Below are positions 55,847-64,000 of a stretch of 64,000 bases of DNA, one piece after another. The stretch's first letter is position 1, and each line of letters starts with the position of its first letter. Under the pieces are notes generated by a model that had not been told where the DNA came from, did no database searches, and saw only the letters and a list, made by a program, of their open reading frames with translations. Origin of the DNA: Bacteroidales bacterium (lineage in GTDB: Bacteria; Bacteroidota; Bacteroidia; Bacteroidales; GWA2-32-17). The stretch covers positions 871-64,870 of the forward strand of contig JAOADU010000033.1 in the NCBI GenBank assembly GCA_026417155.1, given 5' to 3'. The translations under genes and the position numbers were made by a program.

Positions 55847-57502
55847 ATGAGTATGTTTTGTTTTCAATGTCAAGAAGCAGCCAAAGGAACTGGCTGTACT
55901 ATTAGTGGTGTTTGCGGTAAAAACGAATCATTAGCAAACACAATGGATTTATTGCTTTATACATGTAAAGGGTTGTCGTTCTATGTGTATGAATTAAAAA
56001 AACACGGAATAGAAACCCTAGAATTCGACAAATATGTTATGAATTCTTTATTTAAAACAATTACCAATGTAAACTTTAATAAACAGTCTATATTACTAAC
56101 AATTCATGAAGGTTTAGCTTTAAAGCGAAAAGCACGCACATTGTTATCCAAAAATGGCATCAAACTTGAAGACAGCATTATTCCTGAGTGTGCCAAATGG
56201 GAAGCTTTTACAGATGTAGAATTGGAGCGGAAATCTCATCATGTTGGAATTCTGCAAGAAAGCAATGAAGATATTCGCTCATTAAAAGAATTACTAATAT
56301 ATGGCGTTAAAGGAATGGCAGCTTATGCCGAACATGCCTATAATTTAGATCATGTTGATAATGAAATCTTTTTATTTATGCATAAAGCCTTATCAACAAC
56401 ATTACGAACAGACATTACCGTACCTGAGCTAATTGATTTAATCATGGAGTGTGGAAAATTTGGCGTACAAGTTATGGCATTGCTTGATAAGGCAAATACA
56501 TCGCGTTTTGGCAATCCGGAAATAACGAAAGTCAACATTGGTGTTAAAAATAACCCCGGAATTTTGATCTCTGGACACGATTTAAGAGACATAGAAGATT
56601 TGTTAGAACAAACAGAAGGAACAGGTGTAGATGTATATACGCATAGTGAAATGCTTCCAGCACATTATTACCCTGCTTTTAAAAAATACAAACATTTTGT
56701 TGGAAACTATGGCAGTTCGTGGTGGAATCAACGCGAAGAATTTGAAAAATTCAACGGTCCTATATTATTTACAACAAATTGTATAGTACCTCCGCTTCCC
56801 AATTCTTCTTATAAAGACAAGATATATACTACAGGACAAGCTGGCTTAGAAGGTGCCATTCACATACCCGACAGAGAAAACGGGAAACGTAAAGATTTTA
56901 GTATAATTATTGAACATGCTAAACGTTGTGCCCCTCCTACTGAATTGGAAAATGGCGAAATAATAGGTGGGTTTGCACATGCACAAGTTTTAAATTTAGC
57001 CGATAAAGTTATTGACGCTGTAAAATCAGGCTCTATCCGAAAGTTTGTTGTGATGGCAGGCTGCGATGGACGAATGAAACAACGTCAATATTATACAGAT
57101 TTTGCTAAAAATTTACCAAAAGATACCGTAATTTTAACAGCAGGATGTGCAAAATACAGATACAATAAACTACCATTGGGAGACATAAACGGTATTCCAA
57201 GAGTATTAGATGCTGGGCAGTGCAACGATTCTTATTCGCTTGCAGTTATTGCATTAAAATTAAAAGAAGTTTTTGGACTTAGCGATATCAACGAACTTCC
57301 TATTGTTTATAATATAGCTTGGTACGAACAAAAAGCTGTTATTGTCTTATTAGCCTTACTATATTTAGGAGTAAAAAATATTCATCTTGGACCTACATTA
57401 CCAGCATTCCTATCAGCTAATGTTGCAAAATTTTTAGTTGAAACATTCGGAATAAGTGGAATTACTGATGTAGAGAATGATATCCAAGCTATGACTCATT
57501 AA
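55847..57502 (+). CDS. hcp: Hybrid-cluster protein (hydroxylamine reductase)
   Basis: N-terminal [16 protein letters not shown] cluster motif; 551 aa; conserved GHDL, AGCDG, GQCND motifs. Confidence 0.96.
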   Translation: MSMFCFQCQEAAKGTGCTISGVCGKNESLANTMDLLLYTCKGLSFYVYELKKHGIETLEFDKYVMNSLFKTITNVNFNKQSILLTIHEGLALKRKARTLLSKNGIKLEDSIIPECAKWEAFTDVELERKSHHVGILQESNEDIRSLKELLIYGVKGMAAYAEHAYNLDHVDNEIFLFMHKALSTTLRTDITVPELIDLIMECGKFGVQVMALLDKANTSRFGNPEITKVNIGVKNNPGILISGHDLRDIEDLLEQTEGTGVDVYTHSEMLPAHYYPAFKKYKHFVGNYGSSWWNQREEFEKFNGPILFTTNCIVPPLPNSSYKDKIYTTGQAGLEGAIHIPDRENGKRKDFSIIIEHAKRCAPPTELENGEIIGGFAHAQVLNLADKVIDAVKSGSIRKFVVMAGCDGRMKQRQYYTDFAKNLPKDTVILTAGCAKYRYNKLPLGDINGIPRVLDAGQCNDSYSLAVIALKLKEVFGLSDINELPIVYNIAWYEQKAVIVLLALLYLGVKNIHLGPTLPAFLSANVAKFLVETFGISGITDVENDIQAMTH

Positions 57503-57529
57503 TACAAAGTATTTTATTTTTTTTAATTT

Positions 57530-57557
57530 AAAGGAGGCTTATGTGCCTCCTTTTTTA
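57530..57557 (+). terminator. Rho-independent terminator after hcp
   Basis: aaggaggc (57531-57538) pairs with gcctcctt (57545-57552); 6-nt loop; T run to 57556. Confidence 0.8.
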
Positions 57558-57636
57558 GTCTTATTTTAAAGTATTCAATAATTAAAATCCAACATAATTT
57601 TTTGAATATTCTATTGACAATTTCAAATTTTCATAC

Positions 57637-57644
57637 TATTTTTG
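57637..57644 (+). promoter_or_regulatory. -7 promoter box TATTTTTG
   Basis: Matches TAnnTTTG, 24 nt upstream of ATG 57669; a TTG lies 20 nt upstream of the box (57614-57616). Confidence 0.45.
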
Positions 57645-57668
57645 TCAAAACTTCAAATTTTTTGGCAT

Positions 57669-60600
57669 ATGAAAATAATAATTACTACTTTTATTTTTAT
57701 CGGACTAATATTTAATCTATCGGGTCAGAATTTTCCGATAGGTCACAAACAATTCAATTTTGTTGATCCTTCTCGAAACAGAACCATTCAAACCGAAGTG
57801 TATTATCCTGCTACCAGCGCAGGTGATAACACTCCATTTGCTGCCGGTCAATTTCCACTCATTGTTTTTGGGCATGGGTTTATGATGTCGTGGGATGCCT
57901 ATCAATGGTTATGGGATAGTTTGGTTCCTCGCGGATATATATTGGCTTTCCCCCGCACAGAAGGCGGAATGTCGCCAAGTCATAGTGCCTTCGGTTTAGA
58001 TTTAAAGTTTTTGAATGATTTTATTAAAAATGAAGGAACTAATTCTTCGTCATTTTTCTATCAACACATATTAGGTACAAGTGCCATAATGGGTCACTCC
58101 ATGGGTGGTGGCTCGTCAGTTCTTGCAACATCCAACAACACAAATCTTACAACACTTGTAAATTTTGCAGCAGCCGAGACTAATCCTAGTGCTATAACTG
58201 CAGCAGCAAATGTTACTGTTCCGGCATTAATGTTTTACGGGACTAACGATGGAGTTACTCCACCTAATAATCATCAAATCCCCATATACAATGCGTTGTC
58301 TTCAGCTTGTAAAACACTTATCGGCATCAACGGAGGTGGCCACTGTTATTTTGCAAACTATAACTTCAATTGCAGTTTTGGCGAAAGCACTACTAATCCA
58401 CAACCTACTATTACTCGTGAACAGCAACAAGCTATAGTTTGGCAATTGCTGCTCCCTTATTTTGAATTTACTTTAAAAAACAATTCTTCAGCAGAACAAC
58501 AATTTTATCAGCGTTTGAACACTTTAAATACTATTACATTTCTACGTAGTTGTTTAATGAACCACGATCTTGCATTATTAGAGTTTACATCACCCGTCAA
58601 CGGATGCGGTCTTAATTCAAATCAAGTAATAAGTGTAAAAATAAAAAATAATGGAACAAACCCAGCAAGTGGATTTCAAGTTTCTTATGTGTTTAATAAT
58701 CAAACTCCGGTAACTGAAACATTTAATGGCATTATAAACCCTGGCGAAACTATTACGTTTACATTTAATACAACTGTTAATGCAGGGATTTCGGGACAAA
58801 ATTATTCGTTTTTAGCTTATACTACATATTTAAACGACCAATATAATTACAACGATACTATTCAAATAAATCTGACAAATACATCGGTTTCGCTGCCGTT
58901 AAGCGTTGACTTTACTGGTTTCAATGGTACGAACTTAAGCACAGTATTTCCAGGATGGAAAGAAGCTCAAGGCATAGTACCAACTGGCACAAGCTCTACT
59001 TGGGTTAACAGAACGGGCTTAGGCAATACAAACAATGTTACAGCAAAAGTCAATTTTTATGGATCGCCCATTCGTGAATGGATTTTAGGACCTGCTTTCT
59101 TGTGTACTCCTTATACTTACTTATATTTTGATGTAGCAGTTACAGCCTACAATAGCAATAATGCTTATACAAATGGAATGGGGAACAATGACAGCCTAAG
59201 AGTTTTTTATTCAACAGATTGCGGAAACACCTGGAAACGCCTTACGGCTTTTGGTAAAAACAGCGGCTTTACCAATAACCTTCAAACCAAAACTATTCCA
59301 TTGTCGCAATTTAGTGGAATGGGTATTGCCATTGCATTCCAAGCTTTCAGAGAAACATCATCAGCAAACGATTATGATTTACACATCGACAATATTTTAA
59401 TAAAAAATGAATTTCCTTACGACCTGTCAGTAAATCAATTAATAAACCCAACTATAAAAGATTGTTATGGCAATGAAGCAATTTCTGTTGAACTAAAAAA
59501 TACAGGATTAAATACCATTGACTTCAATCAAGAAGCTGTGTTAGTAAATGTAACCGTTAATAATGGACAATATAACGAAAACATAAATTTATCATCCGGA
59601 ACACTTGCACCCGGAAGTACATTAACTGTTAACTTCCCAACCATTAATATGAGTACACAAGGCACATATAATTTTAATATTCAACTAACTTACAATTCAG
59701 ACTTAAATGCGAGTAACAATTCGTTACAATCTAGTTTTACTGTTAATAATCCTGCTGTAAGCATTTCAGGAGATACCTTAATTTGTACCGGAAACACTAC
59801 ACAACTAGCTGCAACAGCAACGGCTTATGGTTCGGTACTAACCTCATCGTCAAATTCAACACCCTATAATATTCCCGATAATATCGGTAATGGTGTTTTC
59901 TCTAACATTACATTAAATACACCTTCAAATATTCAAGCATCGTCTGTTCTGGAAGTCATTATAGATAGTCTTACACATGGTTATGTGGGAGATTTAAAGA
60001 TAGAACTTTATGCACCCAATAATAGTTTTGTTACATTAGTAAATCGTAAAGGAGGCAATGGTGACAACTTTATTAAAACCGTCTTTACGATGAATGCTAC
60101 AACCTCCATTGTTAATGGTACTGCTCCTTTTACAGGACAGTTTCAGCCCGAACAAAGTTTTTCCAACCTCACAGGCAGTGCTAATGGAACATGGCGTTTA
60201 AAAGTAATGGATTTAGCACCCGGCGATGTGGGTATTCTTCACAAATGGACAATAAAAATTTTAGTTCCCAATGCAATTGTAAGTTATACGTGGAATAATG
60301 GACAAAACACACCTACTATAAGCGTATCGCCCATTTCTACACAAACGTATACCATTACGGTTACAGACATGAAAGGTTGTACTGCTACTTCTAACTTTAC
60401 AGTAAATGTTGCCGGGCAAGTTTCATCAGTTAATTTAGGCAATGATACTACCATTTGTCAGGGACAAAGTATCACATTAAATGCAGGCAATAATTTCACA
60501 AACTATGTTTGGAACACAGGACAAAACACTCAAACCATACAAGTTTCGCAATCGGGAACTTATTGGGTTCAAGCTACCAATGAATGCGGTACTGTAAGTG

Positions 60601-61325
60601 ATACCATTACAATTACTGTTAATCCTTTACCAAATGCTAATTTGAATAATTATACTGTATGTGCCAATAATAATCTTACACTCTCGTTAGCCAATAACTG
60701 TGCTACATATTCTTGGTCGACAGGTGCAACAACTGAATCCATCGTTGTTCCGACTCAAGTTCCCGGTAATTATACTTATCAAGTAACGGTTACCGATTGT
60801 AATGGCTGTAGCAACACAGGAATTTCAGTAATTACAGTAAATAGCAATCCTTCCGTAAATCTTGGCAATGATACTTTAATTTGTCAGAACCAAACTTTAC
60901 TGTTAAATGCAGGAGTACATAATTCTTATATTTGGTCGGACGCTAGTACATCACAAACAATTTTGTTCGATGCCTCGCAATATCCTATTGGCACTTATAC
61001 GTATTCAGTAACTGTAACTAACACGTATGGCTGTACTGCTACTGACACAATTCAAATAATTACTGACCCATGCACTCAAAATATTCATACAGAGCTATCA
61101 ACAATACTGATTTATCCGAATCCGGCCAGTGAATACATTGTTATTGACCGTGCACCAATTGGATATTCAATTTGTATTACAAACTCACTTGGACAAACAG
61201 TTCTTTCTACATCAATTCATAAAACTACCGAAAAATTGTCGCTTAAAGAGTTGCCTTCAGGTGTTTACTTTATGCTCATTGCCAACGGCTTGGAAAGATA
61301 TACTATTGCATTTACAAAACAGTAA
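57669..61325 (+). CDS. Large T9SS-secreted multidomain protein: cutinase/PETase-like alpha/beta hydrolase + CARDB-like + choice-of-anchor-J-like + proprotein-convertase P-domain + Ig-like repeats + CTD
   Basis: Signal peptide from MKIIITTFIF (track TTG 57642 rejected). GHSMGG nucleophile elbow, TNDG, GGGHCYF. P-domain GDLKIELYAPN...GTWRLKVMDLAPGDVGILHKWTIKI. Repeats NLGNDT.ICQ.Q...LNAG...Y.W. CTD ILIYPNPASEY...GVYFMLI. Confidence 0.85.
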   Translation: MKIIITTFIFIGLIFNLSGQNFPIGHKQFNFVDPSRNRTIQTEVYYPATSAGDNTPFAAGQFPLIVFGHGFMMSWDAYQWLWDSLVPRGYILAFPRTEGGMSPSHSAFGLDLKFLNDFIKNEGTNSSSFFYQHILGTSAIMGHSMGGGSSVLATSNNTNLTTLVNFAAAETNPSAITAAANVTVPALMFYGTNDGVTPPNNHQIPIYNALSSACKTLIGINGGGHCYFANYNFNCSFGESTTNPQPTITREQQQAIVWQLLLPYFEFTLKNNSSAEQQFYQRLNTLNTITFLRSCLMNHDLALLEFTSPVNGCGLNSNQVISVKIKNNGTNPASGFQVSYVFNNQTPVTETFNGIINPGETITFTFNTTVNAGISGQNYSFLAYTTYLNDQYNYNDTIQINLTNTSVSLPLSVDFTGFNGTNLSTVFPGWKEAQGIVPTGTSSTWVNRTGLGNTNNVTAKVNFYGSPIREWILGPAFLCTPYTYLYFDVAVTAYNSNNAYTNGMGNNDSLRVFYSTDCGNTWKRLTAFGKNSGFTNNLQTKTIPLSQFSGMGIAIAFQAFRETSSANDYDLHIDNILIKNEFPYDLSVNQLINPTIKDCYGNEAISVELKNTGLNTIDFNQEAVLVNVTVNNGQYNENINLSSGTLAPGSTLTVNFPTINMSTQGTYNFNIQLTYNSDLNASNNSLQSSFTVNNPAVSISGDTLICTGNTTQLAATATAYGSVLTSSSNSTPYNIPDNIGNGVFSNITLNTPSNIQASSVLEVIIDSLTHGYVGDLKIELYAPNNSFVTLVNRKGGNGDNFIKTVFTMNATTSIVNGTAPFTGQFQPEQSFSNLTGSANGTWRLKVMDLAPGDVGILHKWTIKILVPNAIVSYTWNNGQNTPTISVSPISTQTYTITVTDMKGCTATSNFTVNVAGQVSSVNLGNDTTICQGQSITLNAGNNFTNYVWNTGQNTQTIQVSQSGTYWVQATNECGTVSDTITITVNPLPNANLNNYTVCANNNLTLSLANNCATYSWSTGATTESIVVPTQVPGNYTYQVTVTDCNGCSNTGISVITVNSNPSVNLGNDTLICQNQTLLLNAGVHNSYIWSDASTSQTILFDASQYPIGTYTYSVTVTNTYGCTATDTIQIITDPCTQNIHTELSTILIYPNPASEYIVIDRAPIGYSICITNSLGQTVLSTSIHKTTEKLSLKELPSGVYFMLIANGLERYTIAFTKQ

Positions 61326-61346
61326 CTTTTCTTCATAAAAAATACT

Positions 61347-61385
61347 ACAGTATGCTCTTTACAATGAGCATACTGTTTTTTTTTT
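61347..61385 (+). terminator. Rho-independent terminator (possibly bidirectional with ppnP)
   Basis: 11-bp stem: acagtatgctc (61347-61357) pairs with gagcatactgt (61366-61376); 8-nt loop; 9 T. Confidence 0.85.
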
Positions 61386-61662
61386 ATTTATAGTAACAAA
61401 TGTATGCTGTATCTCTTGTTACTTCGACTTGAAATTTTGTATGAGCAGGAACCTTAAATGATTGGCCTTTAATAAATGTTTGTTTTGTATTTTCCTGCAA
61501 AGTAACATTCATTTCACCTTCTATAATCTGCATTATTTCTTCGCTGGTTGTGCCAAATTCATATACTCCGGGTTCCATAACTCCAACTGTAGCAAGACCA
61601 TTTTCGCAAACCATAGCTAACGATTTCACTTTCCCGTCGAAATATTCATTTACTTTTACCAT
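61384..61662 (-). CDS. ppnP: Pyrimidine/purine nucleoside phosphorylase PpnP (DUF1255)
   Basis: MVKVNEYFDGKVKS...GVMEPGVYEFGT..EE.M.I..G colinear with E. coli PpnP. The internal ATG 61662 is preferred over 61722. Confidence 0.88.
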   Translation of the reverse strand: MVKVNEYFDGKVKSLAMVCENGLATVGVMEPGVYEFGTTSEEIMQIIEGEMNVTLQENTKQTFIKGQSFKVPAHTKFQVEVTRDTAYICYYK

Positions 61663-61722
61663 AAGTTTTTTTTGCAAAGGAAATGAAAAAATATTAAAAA
61701 TATTTATGAGAATTATCAGCAA

Positions 61723-63027
61723 CTACATCCACCATGAAAAATTCATAAATAAACTTTGTTCTGTGTAATCAAAATGTGATGATTTGAACCGATTATCAAA
61801 ATAATCATACGGCGAAGATTTTAACATTAGCATATAGCGAATTGAAAATTTAAACTTATTGAAAGGAAAAATTAAACTAACTCCTGTTCTATAATTACAT
61901 ATATCCGATGTATTATGTATTACATAAGCATTCGATTCGGAATAATTTGAAATTTTACCTGCAGCAAAATATTGTTCAATCCATACTTTAGAAAAAGCTT
62001 TAAATCCAAATTTTTCATCAGCGACAAAATAATTTCTGTTTTGTTGAAATAAACATGCTGTATTGCCAATTAAATAAATGTTTATATTACCTTTAGGATA
62101 CCAATAAACAGTAGTGCCAATCGTTTGCTGTTGCATGAAATTCAAATTTGATGCAATCGTATATACATCCCATTCAACATAATTAAAACGATGTTTTAAT
62201 GCTAAAGATGCCACAAAATTATTTATTAAAGTATGTGCTCTCCATAAATAAACTTTATTCTCGTTTGAATTGAAATATGAATTAATAGTATTAAAATCAA
62301 CAACAATCCAATTGAAAGCTGGCAATACATACCATCGATATTTTAACCGCAATAATGCATTTGCATAAAATTGATGCTGATATAAACGATACCTATCGTC
62401 AATAATATTTTCCTCAATCCAAACCTGACGACTAACATCCATATTCAAATTTGCATAAGAAACAGTAGAAATTATTCGTTTTGAAGGACATAATTGCACT
62501 CCAAATGCGTTATATTTAATAGAATGGATATGATTATTCTGAAGCCATTTTATGTTTTTTGGTGCTTTCCCTCCCAAAATGTTTTCTTTATCTTCTGATT
62601 GTGAAATATTTGATTCCAAATAGGCCATATTAATTAACGATTCTCTAATTGAACTTTTAGAAGTAATAGTTTGATTGTTTTTTAATAAGTAGTTAGCTTC
62701 GGAGTGCATATTGCTATATAAAAAAGAATAATAAAGAATCTCAAACACAAAAATATCTTCGCTATTATACTCTCTTGCTTTTTGTAATTGATTTATTGCT
62801 TTTATGTAATTAGCTTTTTTAAAATAAGCATATCCTAATCTTGCTCGAAGATAGAAATAATCGATATTATGTTGCAATGCAATTTCGCCTAAACATATTA
62901 AACTATCCCACTGGCTTTGTTGGTAATATTGCCATGTTTTGCTTTCGATATAAGAATAATTATATTCGGTTTGTGCATTCAATTGAATAAATACCACTGA
63001 AAGTATTAACAATAACCTTACTGCCAT
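61723..63027 (-). CDS. Putative outer-membrane beta-barrel protein with an N-terminal TPR-like region
   Basis: Signal peptide; TPR-like helices (aa 30-115); then alternating aromatic/polar strands to an aromatic-rich C-terminus (FMNFSWWM). Overlaps the upstream PKD gene by 10 nt. Confidence 0.55.
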   Translation of the reverse strand: MAVRLLLILSVVFIQLNAQTEYNYSYIESKTWQYYQQSQWDSLICLGEIALQHNIDYFYLRARLGYAYFKKANYIKAINQLQKAREYNSEDIFVFEILYYSFLYSNMHSEANYLLKNNQTITSKSSIRESLINMAYLESNISQSEDKENILGGKAPKNIKWLQNNHIHSIKYNAFGVQLCPSKRIISTVSYANLNMDVSRQVWIEENIIDDRYRLYQHQFYANALLRLKYRWYVLPAFNWIVVDFNTINSYFNSNENKVYLWRAHTLINNFVASLALKHRFNYVEWDVYTIASNLNFMQQQTIGTTVYWYPKGNINIYLIGNTACLFQQNRNYFVADEKFGFKAFSKVWIEQYFAAGKISNYSESNAYVIHNTSDICNYRTGVSLIFPFNKFKFSIRYMLMLKSSPYDYFDNRFKSSHFDYTEQSLFMNFSWWM

Positions 63028-64000
63028 AATAGCTCTATTTCTACATTCATTCCATTCTGATTAAGAGTAACTAACGTTGGATATTGGGAATAATTGGATG
63101 GGTTAAATTCTACATAACTAATTAAAAAGTCGTTCATTTGTTTTCTGTCGTAAAATTCAATTTTATATAATTTATTCATCGTTGGGAAGGTATACGGCGG
63201 GTTGATGTAAAACGATACGGGTAACATATATTGATTTACATTATAAAGTATTTGATTGAAGCCATTAAGATAAACATTTGCATTATAGTCGGTTATTTTA
63301 AAATATACATTTACAAATGGTGGATTTATTGGGAATGGCATTTGTTTAATTGTTATTCGTTTAATTTTGCACGTAGTAGGTCCTGCCTGAAGGACTTTAA
63401 TGTAACCTTGTTTTGTAATTGTGTGCGAACCATAAGCATTCGATACTGTTAGCTTAACGTCATACGTTCCTGGTGTAGAATATAAGATATTTGTCGGGTG
63501 TTGTTGCGTTGATGAAGAAGGCGTTGCCCCATAAAACGTCCATTGCCACGAAGTAGGCGAATTGATAGACAAATCGGTAAAATTTACCGTCTGCCCTGCT
63601 AAAATATTAACTGAATTTGCTACAAAATCGGCTATTGGAGGATTGCCTACATTATTTACTTTTATTAATTGTTTTTTTTCGATAAACGATGAACCACAAG
63701 CATTGACGGCTGTTAAAGAAACATCATAAATTCCTGGCTGTGAGTAAACATGAAAAGTGTTTTGTAATGTAGAAGTTGTTCCATCGCCAAAGTTCCACAA
63801 CCATGTAGAAGGCAAAACCCCACTTAATGTTTGGGCTGTATAATAAATGGTATCTCCAACATACACAGCTGTATCTGATACATTAAAATCTATCTGGGGA
63901 TTTCTGACCACATATACCCATTTTTGTTCGCTATGCATTCCTCCATTTCCATAGGCTGTAAGAGTAACTTTGTAAATCCCTTCATTTATGTATGTGTGTA
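63018..64000 (-). CDS. PKD-domain surface protein, 5' end beyond the window
   Basis: The frame stays open upstream of the track Met to nt 64000 (..HTYINEGIYKVTLTAYGNGG-MHSEQ..). At least three PKD units (F.D.S......W.FGDG..S....H.Y...G.Y.V.LT..N..G). Confidence 0.8.
   Translation of the reverse strand, partial: HTYINEGIYKVTLTAYGNGGMHSEQKWVYVVRNPQIDFNVSDTAVYVGDTIYYTAQTLSGVLPSTWLWNFGDGTTSTLQNTFHVYSQPGIYDVSLTAVNACGSSFIEKKQLIKVNNVGNPPIADFVANSVNILAGQTVNFTDLSINSPTSWQWTFYGATPSSSTQQHPTNILYSTPGTYDVKLTVSNAYGSHTITKQGYIKVLQAGPTTCKIKRITIKQMPFPINPPFVNVYFKITDYNANVYLNGFNQILYNVNQYMLPVSFYINPPYTFPTMNKLYKIEFYDRKQMNDFLISYVEFNPSNYSQYPTLVTLNQNGMNVEIELLWQ

Noticed and set aside
1-64000. Search for tRNA, rRNA, tmRNA, riboswitches, CRISPR repeats, transposases, integrases, phage genes and defence-system genes.
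   Set aside because: The largest non-coding gaps (22480-22650, 28805-29002, 39333-39550, 45362-45542) are AT-rich promoter regions without cloverleaf-like or conserved structured-RNA features. No regularly spaced repeats and no mobile-element or defence-type proteins were seen among the translated ORFs.

Overview
AT-rich, almost gap-free coding segment (about 58 genes) that reads as core chromosome of a strictly anaerobic, fermentative member of the Bacteroidota. Supporting signs: five proteins end in T9SS C-terminal sorting domains; several genes carry the Bacteroidota TAnnTTTG -7 promoter box; almost no start codon has a Shine-Dalgarno; a TonB-dependent receptor and a DUF3276/PUR-like protein are present. 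Housekeeping genes include rpoN, asnS, rng, HU, mutY, nadD, tpiA, comEC, malic enzyme and ppnP. Anaerobic and redox content:
- a trimeric [FeFe]-hydrogenase operon hydC-hydB-hydA (22651-26122);
- an unlinked hydG plus TM1266-type ACT gene (2469-4170);
- a second TM1266 paralogue next to rubrerythrin (47871-48706);
- a ferredoxin-like gene plus hcp (54976-57502);
- a six-gene OsmC/thioredoxin/TrxB/glutaredoxin operon that ends in an orphan GroES (42352-45361).
Three paralogous membrane sensor SpoIIE/PP2C phosphatases lie within 44 kb. I found no rRNA or tRNA genes, CRISPR arrays, transposases, integrases, prophage genes or recognisable defence genes, so this is not an obvious accessory island. 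The points most worth a second look:
1. The SpoIIE phosphatase to TM1266-ACT adjacency occurs twice.
2. The thiol-redox operon has a TrxB lacking the NADPH motif, atypical thioredoxin motifs and an orphan Cpn10.
3. The hydrogenase has a minimal HydB, a TSCSPGW variant of the H-cluster L1 motif, and the only strong Shine-Dalgarno sites I saw in the window.
4. A 31-aa bS22-like ORF is missing from the ORF track.
5. A 1218-aa T9SS protein fuses a cutinase/PETase-like esterase to a proprotein-convertase P-domain.
All homology statements come from reading motifs by eye; no searches were run.
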